A DNA stretch of 64,000 nt from contig JARFYF010000057.1 in the NCBI GenBank assembly GCA_030265395.1, positions 16,836,055-16,900,054 on the forward strand. Reading direction: 5' to 3'. Made by a program: the position numbers and the translations under genes. This DNA is from Rhina ancylostomus (Eukaryota). How positions within the stretch are numbered: the first letter of the stretch is position 1; each line of letters begins with the position of its first letter. Below, one piece after another: positions 53,539-64,000 of this stretch. The notes below the pieces were generated by a model. That model saw nothing but the letters and a program-made list of their open reading frames with translations, was not told where the DNA came from and did not search any database.

Positions 53539-56500
53539 GAATACTATGGCCAGATTATAGAAGGGTAGCAGAATGACTAGGGAAGTCAATGGGTTTTTAA
53601 ACTACAAATTCGTATGATGGTTATCATTATTGATATGATACTTTTATTCCAGATATATTTAGTTAACTGAATTTATTTCCCAGGTACAGCAAGTTTTCAA
53701 TTCATGGCTCCAGATCAACAGTCCCAGAATATTTATGCTACAGTACACAGAAAATTAGCATTCCTAGCCTAGTGGAGATAAATGGAACATAGTAACGCAG
53801 CTGTCATAAATACAAACCCTAAACTAGAAGTCACTATCTTTTTATGTACAACTTCCAGAATAAAGAAGAATTCACTCCTATAAATTGTGGAAATAGGCAT
53901 CCCGTCCCTGATGTTAAAACTATTTATGCAACACACCTCAAAACAATTTCTTTTGAGCAGTCATAGAACATCCACTGCTCTGGAACATTATTTCTTGGTT
54001 GAAACTTGAATCACTGTATGTTTTAATGTAATCTGACATGCTGTTTAGACAGTGTGGTTCACCACAAGCACATTTAATTAAATGGCCTGAGCTACCCTGA
54101 CTGACTCATATGCTCTATGTAAAACAGAGACTGAACAAGCTTGATTTAGTGTTTCATCACGAGACTTCAGTGATTGAATCCAAAATTACAAACTTTGAAA
54201 ATGAACTAAATTTCAGCACCAATTAGTTTACTTTACCATACCATCTGATTAGTTGAACACAGGAATGGAGATAAACGATTTAGCCCCTCGTGTCTGTTCA
54301 GCCATTCAATGGCTGATTTATAATCTGATACCATCTTTTCCCAGTATCCCTTAACCAAAATTTATTAATCTCAGATTTAAAATTAAACAAATGATGCAGC
54401 AATCGCCGACTGTGAGAAAATTCCAAATGGAAAAATGTTTACAAATTTCAGTCGTAACAGGACATGCTCTAATTTTTAAGACTATGCTTTCTAGTCCTAG
54501 ATCTTCCAATAGGTAGACATAACTTTTCTCTACCTACCAATCAATTCCTCTTATTAACTTGAAAATTTCAATCAAATCAGCGTTTTATCTTCACAATTTA
54601 ATACTACCCTTGTGCGTTATTCCTCCCTGCATTGTTCAGAATTTATTCCGTATTTATCTAAGGCCAGTAAATTCTTCGTATCCTCCCCACTCCTGAGATT
54701 TGTAGATAGACACTGCACTGTAACCAGAGTTAGTGTTACACCAGTATTTCTTTGCTTCCTTTGGTGGGTATTAAGGATTCCATTCAAAGAGAAAGTGTGT
54801 GTACATTGACCGTGTGAATCTGTGCATGCATGGGTGGGCGCAGGGAGAGGGGAAGGCGAATTGGAGCTCCCCCTGCATTCTTCTCATGGCTAGTGTCACC
54901 AAAAATAGACCAACTGGTCATTCAACCCATCCACGTGCTCACTAATACTAATAATACTAAGCAAACAGTGGTAGTAATTATTCTTCAGTAAAACTGAATA
55001 AAATGACCAGCTTTTTTGTTTATATAACAGCTACTACCCTTCTATGTAATTTTTATACAAGAAGCTTCTCGGGTATAAAATAGGACATAAAAAATGAAAG
55101 TCATTTCTTTCATTTCCATGCAGGGTTCTGTTCACCCAGTGCAGACATTCTATTGTTCATTTTCATGGTGTGTCATCAAGAAATGGACATCTGTGAACCA
55201 ACAATATCCTACACCAGGAAAATTGTTGTTCTGATGTGGTGGGGCTTAATAACACTTGTTCAAAGAAAACAATTCCAAGCACCAATCCTTGACCATCTTC
55301 ACCTTAAAATATTGCAATGCCTGAACAGCAACACCAATGAGATCCCAATGCCAAATTGTCAAAAACAGACCACGTGAACAATATCCTCGGGAATGAAACA
55401 AAAACTAAGCCCTGGTGTCTCAGAGGCCATCAAAATTTACAAAAGCTCTTCCAGAGACATCCAAGTTGCAACCTTTAAGTTTATATAACACATTCAAATC
55501 TGAGTGAATTAACAATATTTCAATTATTTTAATTTCCCGAAGTGTTCCCTTAATGAGTCCCAAAACTAAACTAAATTACTGAATTAACAAGAATAATGTT
55601 TAAAAAACTCTAAATCTGCTCAAGATCAAAAGCAAAAACCTTCATTCATCAAGAGCGCATGGTAACTAAAAGGAATCATGGTAACCTGGAATCAATGCCA
55701 CCAACACTAAAAGCTGTTCNNNNNNNNNNNNNNNNNNNNNNNNNNNNNNNNNNNNNNNNNNNNNNNNNNNNNNNNNNNNNNNNNNNNNNNNCACCAGCTC
55801 ATATTACATACTGCAATAGTGAAGCTGTCTCAGCGCCATGTTTTATGTCATCATCTGTTTATCAAAAGCAGGTTTAAAAAACAAAATATCTGAAATAATT
55901 TTTTAAAGAAAAACTTTCTTAACAAAAGCAGTTTCTCACAGCTTTGTGATTTTTTTTTATCATGAGCTATTCTATGAATCTCCCTTCTCAGCATCCCCAA
56001 ACCTGCAGCTCCACGTTGATCAGAATACAGCCGAATTCCAAACATAGCATGTTTAATGAAGTTAAATTTGTTTTTAACTGGTTCTTCATATGTGTTTGAA
56101 ATATTATGCAAACTTTCCATCTTTATTTGCTATCTTACACCAAGCTAAGCCAACACAATTTACATCTCTGCAAAGTTTCTGGCCTGACTCAGGAGCTGGG
56201 AATAGTTGGGGATGATCCACTTAACACTGCTCAGTGTTGAGCTTCAAGATTTTAACTCAGTGATAATGAATGAATTCTCCAACTTTTTAAAATATCTGGA
56301 AATGAAATGTTTATGATATTATTTGACATATACAAATAACACTCATAACGAGTGGCATCGTGGTCATTAAATGTGGTCTGACAGAGCACAATCGCTGCAT
56401 ATTTATAATTATATATGGTTAATATTTCAGTACATCACAATACTCAAACTTGAGGGGGACCTTAACACTAATGTTTGATTCACACTGTGCAAACAAAGAG

Positions 56501-57539
56501 CTTTATCTTTTAAAAGTGACAATTAGGGAGTCTGGAATTACCCCCAAAGCATCCACCAGATACGCAAATTGAGACAGGAAAAAATGTTGTTGCTGTTTTG
56601 TTTTCTGGAAAAAAACAAATATAAATGCCAATTCTTAGATGAGAGGTTACACTTTTAGATTTCATCTGACAGTTGTAGTGGTCAACTCAAAGCTGAAGCT
56701 CCCAGTAGACTTGTACAAAGAAGATGCAAGTCATGAGCAATGAATCCAACATTTTTCTCGTCAACCAACAACTACTGATGGAAAGGATAAGACATCTTTG
56801 ATAGTCACATGTACATCGAAATACACAGTGAAATGCATCTTTTGCGTAAAGTGTTCTGGTGGCAGCCCACAAGTGTCGCCACGCTTCTGGGCTTTTGAAG
56901 GGCTGAAGAATTACTCCCTCTGCCCTGACCAGTATTCGTTCCTCATCAACAATCAACAAATATAGAGTCTTATATCACCATGCATTTTGAGGGAGTTTGG
57001 AACATGGAGATTGGCTTTTGCATTTCCTAAATTAAGTGACTACCTTCAAAAAACTTTTAACTGGTGTGTTTTTTGAAACAAAGTCAATTGTGAAAGGAGT
57101 ATTATAAATACAATATTTTCTTTTCCAATTAAAAACTGATTTGGTCAATCACCTCTTTTATACTTGTGGGGTCGCGATTTGTGGTATTGTGATCTGCACA
57201 AGATGTTTGTGCCTTTAAGATATTGTGCATATGTTTTGAAATGTTGAAACATCATACAATTTCAAGTCCTTCTTCCATTAATATCTTCCTATCAATTGAA
57301 AAATTAGGATTTTAGCAAAGGAATACTTACTGTACATAATAATGAACTACAGAAGCAGCACAAGTAATAGAGAGTACAAACTAACCATCTCCCCACAAAA
57401 AAAGTCAGAAGGAAATTAAACAGGCAGCCAAAGGATCAGCTCTGAAAACATTTAACCATATAACTTCTAGAGTTAATTAGTACTGATGACACAACATCAG
57501 GTTCAAAGGTGCTGACAGCTGACACTGCAGATCAAGACT

Positions 57540-58720
57540 AGAAATATAGAAAATAACTGTCAGCCATTCAGTTCTTCAAGCCTAACTGACCATTTAATAT
57601 GATGATAGCTCATTATCTATTTCAATACCATATTCTTGCTCTCTCCTCAGACTTCTTGATGTCTTTTGCATCTGGAACATTATCCCTCTTCTTAAATGTA
57701 TTCAGTGACTTGGCCTCTTTGGCAGAGAATTTCACAAGTTCACCACCCTCCGAATGAAAATATTTCTCCTCACCTCGGCCCTAAATCTCTTGCTCTGTAA
57801 TCATAAGACCGTGACATCTTGTTCTTGATATCTCAGACAGAACAAATTCGCTCTTCAGACTCTCTAGTATGTCAGAATTTTGTAAGTTTCAATTAGATTC
57901 CCACTCATTCTTCTAAACTTTAGTGAATGCAAACCTGGTTGATCTAATTGCTCCTCCTTCAACAGTCCTGCCATCCCAGGATTCAGGTTGGTGAACCTGA
58001 TTCATTGCACTCTATGGCAATTATATCCATTTTCAAGTGAGGAGACTAAAACTGCACACATTACTCTGAGTGTGGTCTCACCAAGGCACTGCATAATTAC
58101 TCAGAACATCCTTACTCCTATACTCAAATGCTCTTGCTATGAAGTCCAAAATACCTATTTGTTCCTAATCTCTGCTTCCTGTCTGTCAACCAATTTTCAA
58201 TACATTACCAGGCTTCTTATTTTGCACACCAAGCTTTTACATGGGACTTAATCAAAAGCTTTCTGAAAATCAAGTTAACCACATCTACTGATTTTCTCTT
58301 ATCTATTTTATCAGTTACGTTCTCAAAAGACTCTAGTTTATCAAAAGCAAACTACTTTTCAGAAATCCTCATTGACTTTGTCTAATCCCATAGATATTTT
58401 CTAAATATAGTTAACACATCATTTATAATAGCTTCCAGCATTTTCCCATTAATGATGTTCGGCAAATCAGTCTAGATTCCCATTTTCTCTCTCCCTTTTT
58501 AAAACAGTAGGCTCCATTTTCCAACCTTTAATCTGGAGATATTATCTCATCATCTATTGAATTCTGGTAGATTCTAACCAATGTGCCTATCCTTTAGCAC
58601 TCTGGGATAACATTATCAATTGGGAATTAATTGGCTTTCAATGCCATTAATTTCTCCAGCACTCTTGTATTGTGCTGTACTTTCCATGATTCTATCACTA
58701 TTTTCTTTCTAAGACTAAGG
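57540..58720 (-). mobile_element. CR1 LINE (3' end plus RT); similar remnants at ~25850-26200 (-), 30480-30880 (+), 44210-44510 (+), 46900-47330 (+) and 54260-54790 (-)
   Basis: Tail gaaatatagaaa...agccattcag and actgcacacattactctgagtgtggtctcacca (reverse of the LVRPHxExCVQ motif). Confidence 0.75.
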
Positions 58721-61382
58721 TTACTTACATCAAGTTTTGACAGTGAAAATGTCACAATCTTACCTGTGATCAAAGAGAAAGTCTTCATTTGGGAACAAGA
58801 TNNNNNNNNNNAAGGACAACTACCAGCAATGGAATTAGATAGGTATTCTCCCCCGACTATAAACAGCCATCTTAGTAACCCATATTTTGCATGAATCCTT
58901 TGCTTGATTTGAACACCATGCACCTAAAGCATTTTATTCTATTCAGCCTTTTCATTTCAATAAGTGATATAGGAGTGCAAATTCATTTGCTGTATATACT
59001 ATGAAGCCATAATCTTAGAAGACTACATCAATGTAAATAGATCACCAACTCAAACATTTAGTCCATATCATAAAGAACAAATTTCTATCTTGAACTATTT
59101 GCAGCCTGTGCAGTAAAACTCACTCAAGGGGCTCTCCTTGCCTCCCATATTCATTCAATGGAATGTTTTTGATTGAAAATCCCACTTGTTCATACCTACC
59201 CACACCCCCCACCACCACCTCTCCCACCCCCCCATCCCAAATAAAAGCCCCCGATGCTAAGGCTGCTTCTTTTAAGGAGATGGAGCTGCCCAAGGGATTC
59301 CCAATGCCTGTTAGCAGTCTAATGGGCATGGCAGCAAGCTTGCTGAGTACTTAACTTTTGTTTTTTTAAAAACTTTCTCTGTGAACTTCCTAATTAAATT
59401 ATCTGTAATCCTTAGTGTCACACCTGCGGGAGTGGCTGGGGTGCTGGGGGTTGTGCACAGCATGCTGAGAACCACTTTGTTAAATAATTATAGTTGTATC
59501 TCTACAAAACAGGAACCCAACTGAGAGCAAGAGGCAGTCTAACTCTGGAGCCAGGCCCCAATCCATTTCTGACATACTCACATAATAGCACGAGGGTTTT
59601 GATTTTCCAGTTGTGCACAGAAAACAATTCCAACAAGGTACTTCTAGGATTTGAAGTTCTCAGAGTCCACCTGGGCCTTCAAAAGAACTTCCTTACCACA
59701 TTCCTTTCCTATCCAACCCTAAATAAAAGCATTGCTGAGGGTGTGGAACATCTGCCCACGTTCCTAAAATTTATCACAGATTAAACAGGTCATTCATGCT
59801 AACTCTCAAGACAAAGAACTGCAGTGGAACCCTGCAGACTGAGGAATACACAAAACTAACTACAGATCTAAATTCAAGAATTTTAGGAATTTCAGTGATC
59901 TTTTAAAAATTGCAGGTTTTTTTCCCGTGACTGATCTCCACCCAGAGTAGAACTAACAATAATCTGAAACTATTACTGTGATATCATTAAAAGAATTCAC
60001 TAGTTTAAAACTATCAATATCAAATAAAGCAACCCTGCTTTAATTGACAGCACATGGATAATCTGCCTTTAATTTCCTTTGTTGAGACAGCCTTCCCTGT
60101 CTCCATGGGTCTTTGCATTATATGCTATTCAAGCTATATACGTGGCTTAAAAAAATCTAGCCCATCAGTTGAACACATTATTATATGGTTACATAAACCT
60201 CACAAACTGAAAGACATACAAGAAATCACGTGCACCATTGACTGAATAACAGTTTACAATCGCAGCTAAATCCTCACAAACTAAACTGCTTCCAAATAGA
60301 GATGGGGGCTTTTTATCCACCTCCTCTTCCCCACCCATCCAAACACTGCAAGTGCCACATGATATGCAAGACACAGCCAGTCCCAGCTCTCCACCTCCAC
60401 AAATATTACATCAACAACATTTTTATAAAAAAAACTTGAGTGCCAGAATAGCAACAAAAATAGATCACTGCAGACTGATATTTGCAAGACGTTCTAAAGG
60501 ATCCTTTCCCAAAGGCTTTGCTCCCTGGAGATGGCACTTTCAATGGGCTCGAGAGCAGGCACATGTATGGAATTCAATAAGTTTGTGAAATGTGTGTATT
60601 TTAAAAACTTAAGTTTATAAAGTGCCCAGGAAACTTAGTAACGGCAGCCCAGCACTTTTAACATGGCTCGATTTTGCACTTGAGCAATAACTCACTGCTG
60701 TCTGTCCCAGTTGGTACAGGGATCTCATGCTGCTGAGATCTGGACTCTGATCAAGCCATGAATCTAAAGCTGTGCTGCCACTTTTATGCAGCCATGAAAT
60801 CAATTTCAAAACCAACAGCATTGTTACACACTTAATCAACAATGGTTCCTTAAAACTACTGTAGCACAGAGTCAGCTTGCTCAATTCATAGCACTCTCAC
60901 CACAGTCAAACAGCCTGGGGACTTCCAAAGTACCAGTGCACAATGCTACCGCAGTCCTTAAGGTGAAGGTGTTCCTTTGGTGATCTTAAGACAAAGTTCC
61001 AAAACATGACCCATCCACAATAAAGAGAATAACAATCCATATCATAATCAGGAATGGGGTGCAAATTGGAGGTAAACATAGGGATTGTGATATGTCCATG
61101 GACCGGTTGCATTTGAACCCCTTGGTTGTGGAGGTTAAGCATTTGAAGTTTAATGTAGCACATCTTGCAGATCATGCACAGAATACCCAGCTCTACCCAT
61201 ATTTTACCCATGTCTGACCTGTTCTGGCAACCACATTTATGCAGTTGATCTAGGAAAAACAGCATCTACAAAGGATCAAACAGGATCCTGCAAGAATTGC
61301 ACTCACAGATTTGAACATACTTTCANNNNNNNNNNATTCAGAAAAAGCCCTCAATAACCCCAAACTCTTCAGTCAATCCTAC

Positions 61383-61931
61383 CTCTTTGGCAATGTTCAC
61401 TCGTCCAGCATCTGTGGTTAAACTGATCATTGAAGACAGTCTGGGGACAGTTGGTCTTCCCTTTCAGTGTGCCTGGGCACACATTGCCACATTCTCTGTC
61501 ATCTTTATTGGATTTGATGTAATTATCCTCCACTGAGTCGAGAATCTTTGACCAGTCGAGCGTCGACAGATAGCAAAGCTCTGGGTTCTTTTCAATTCGT
61601 ACAGCACCCCGGGTGATGTTCACCAAGTTGTACAGGCCAATTTCTTTGAAGTGCAGCATCTCAAAGATGACCAGCGCATAGTTGAAGAAGAGACGTGTCC
61701 CTCGAATCACAGTCAAGTTTGGGAAGAGATCTTTCAAGCTTTCCAGGCCATAGACACGAAACAGAAGCAAGTAATCAGTTATCATGGTGAGTTCTGGAAA
61801 GCTCAGACCACGGAAATCCTCAGATTTTGTGCCAAACATCAGCAGGATCTGCAGACTTCCCTCGATAACAGTGCAGTTCCTTAGTCGTTCCAAGTGCGTG
61901 ATGTTGTTTCGAATATCTATGCTTTGACAAA
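61383..61931 (-). CDS. INSR: Insulin receptor internal coding exon (exon 2 equivalent): L1 domain and start of the furin-like cysteine-rich region
   Basis: Acceptor ttttccatctttctcatag|TT TGT CAA at 61932/61931 and donor CAA AGA G|gtagga at 61383/61382. The exon is 549 nt, phase 1-1. It translates [32 protein letters not shown]...[23 protein letters not shown]...[11 protein letters not shown]...[31 protein letters not shown]...[14 protein letters not shown] (Phe39), FRVYG and [15 protein letters not shown] favour INSR over IGF1R or INSRR. Confidence 0.95.
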
Positions 61932-64000
61932 CTATGAGAAAGATGGAAAAAAGTTAATGTTTAGTGCATCACAAAATGAATCTCAACAGAAGAAACACTG
62001 GTTCCAAGTTAAATTTTTAACAACTCACATTAACTCTAAGGCTCCAATTCCATTGAGGGCTTTCAAGAAGTGTTCTTATAGAGACTTACTTAGGATTTGT
62101 GATTTAGAATTAAGGCAGCAAAGCATTGCCTCTACTAAAAGATGGCAAAATAGGTTTAATCCACCATTTGGCTTGCTCTTGCATTGCTAGCTAAAAGCTA
62201 CCCATTTCAATTTGTGTATCCTAGTGTGCAATGCCAAAAGGGCTATTTCCATAAAACTTTTAAACCAATGAAAAATAAAATCACTTTTAACAACACCAAC
62301 AACTTATGTATATATACAGTGTGCTTTACACAGTAAAGCATTTCAGCATTACAAAAGAATATTTGACATTGTGGCATGTGGATATATTAAAACAGGTAAC
62401 CAAAAGGTTGGCCAAAACAAAGTTTTATTAACTGTTTTAATTCCAGGATTTGTAGCCTAAGATAACTCATCCAATGGAATAGTGAAAACTGACGATGCAC
62501 AAAGAGCTCAGAGAGGTCTTGCTGTATTTATAGAGTTGAAGAGGGAACAGAGTGAGGGATGAGGGCATGGAGGAATTTGAAAACTGAAACACGACCAGAC
62601 TAGAAGTTTACACAGGCTAGTGAACATAGGTTTAATGGAAGAAAGGTACAAGTTAGGATACATTAAGCAGGAGTACAAGATTTAGAAGAATGGCCAGTAC
62701 NNNNNNNNNNCCAGTACAGTATTTATCACAAATCAGTAAAAGACTGTTATAGAAAGTACCTGAAAGGGACTATAAAAAATTCAACAATGAACAGCAGGTT
62801 TTCTTTGTCATGCATTTAGTTTCTATTCTGCTGAATTAAAATGCTAATTATAAATACCCTATGCATTATCTGCATCAGGAAGAGGAGTTTGAAACTATTA
62901 AACTACCTAACACATCAATAAACTAACTTTCACCTCAATTTTCTGTAATTGTTTCCCTTAGGCTGCTCTTTGCTTCTATTGCTGTAACTCCCAACATTTT
63001 TGAAACAACTTGCATTCATACAACACTTATAACTACAATAAAACACCCAAGGAGCAATGTCAAATCACAGCACTAACAATCATTCTTCACCACTACACAG
63101 AAAAGCACTGATAAATATTTTAAAACCAAAATTCAAAAGACTTTTGGAATCTGACATAAATATAGAAAATGTGGAAACATTTCTGAGGAAGGAAGCAACA
63201 GGAATGGAAAATGTCAGGTGGAAATTAGATCACATTTTTCAGAAGTTACATCAGCAAATTTAAAGTTTCCTGAACCATTTCTCCAATGTACCAGATTCTA
63301 ACACGTCAAATTCAGAAAGTCCCTCAGCTTTCAAGATGAGTACTTGATTTTCACATAACACCTGCTGAACTTATTTCTGATAAATCTCTAACAAAATTAG
63401 AGTAGAATAAAATAATTTCAGAGTAATGTTCCTGTAACCTACAAAATAACAGCTTTATATAAGCATTAATATAGGAGTGGGCATTAAGCCCTTCACTGTG
63501 CTACACAGAAGAACTGACTTATGTGGAAATGAGAATAACAATGCCCATTTTATATGGGTTTTGATTTCAATTCTCTTACCACCACAAGTTGTGGATAATG
63601 TGGTCTCTTCATTTCTGTCAATTTTGTACAAGAGCTTTAGAACCAGGTGTGGATTATTTGGCCCTTAAGCCTACTCTGCTGTACATCTGGATCTTAGCTG
63701 AAACCTTTCAAGCTCTTTTTTTTAAATGAACTCAATGAACGAGCATCCATAGCCCTTCAGGATAGAGAATTCCAAAGAATCACCACTCCCTGTGTTGAAG
63801 AGATTTTCCTTCATCTCAATCCTACATGGTTTACCTCTTACTTTGAGACCGTGACCTCTGAAACATCCTGCTTGTAATCAGCCTGTTGAGCCCTGTAAGA
63901 ATTTTGTATTTCAATGAGATTTTGTCTCATTCTTCTGAACCCAAGAGAACAGAGGCCTAGTCCACTCAATCCCTCATTATACAGAAAATCCACCATCTCT
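61932..64000 (-). other. INSR: 3' end of the INSR intron upstream of exon 2
   Basis: Polypyrimidine tract and AG immediately before the exon on the minus strand. No signal-peptide exon is visible. Confidence 0.8.
63635..64000 (-). mobile_element. CR1 LINE 3' region
   Basis: gatagagaattccaaagaatcaccactc...ttttccttcatctcaatcct, a CR1 antisense signature. Confidence 0.75.

Larger units (their letters stand above)
1..61382 (-). other. INSR: INSR intron downstream of exon 2 (partial, >61 kb)
   Basis: Starts at the GT donor at 61382. I saw no Cys-rich exon-3-like peptide (CCHxECLG) in the ORF track or sequence. An exon hidden in an N gap cannot be excluded. Confidence 0.75.

Noticed and set aside
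59163-59354. Pro/Thr-rich 63-aa ORF
   Set aside because: It derives from a low-complexity C-rich tract and shows no family similarity.
61369-61893. ORF-track call treated as a complete 174-aa gene
   Set aside because: The TTG start and the GRID* end are artefacts. The splice sites define an internal exon at 61383-61931.

Overview
Eukaryotic vertebrate genomic DNA, AT-rich and CpG-depleted, with many N gaps. The repeat families look like those of a cartilaginous fish (inferred from my recollection of the repeats). The only intact coding sequence is a 549-nt phase-1/phase-1 exon on the minus strand (61383-61931). It encodes the L1 domain and the start of the cysteine-rich region of the insulin receptor, equivalent to human INSR exon 2. 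Positions 1-61382 appear to be one intron of more than 61 kb, since I found no exon-3-like sequence. The intron is filled with decayed CR1, L2, RTE and Rex1 LINEs, tRNA-derived and Deu-type SINEs, Penelope-like pieces, a PIF/Harbinger fossil and Tigger-like elements. The most notable structure is two divergent, apparently independently inserted copies of a TA-flanked Tigger-like non-autonomous transposon (22843-23483, cut by a gap, and 24016-25419). Their interior is a captured TM2-TM6 fragment of a GPR139/GPR142-like GPCR gene, i.e. a Pack-TIR-type gene-capture element. Also notable are inverted Penelope terminal repeats carrying minimal hammerhead-ribozyme motifs (4984-5531). Repeat boundaries are approximate and family names come from motif recognition, not database searches.
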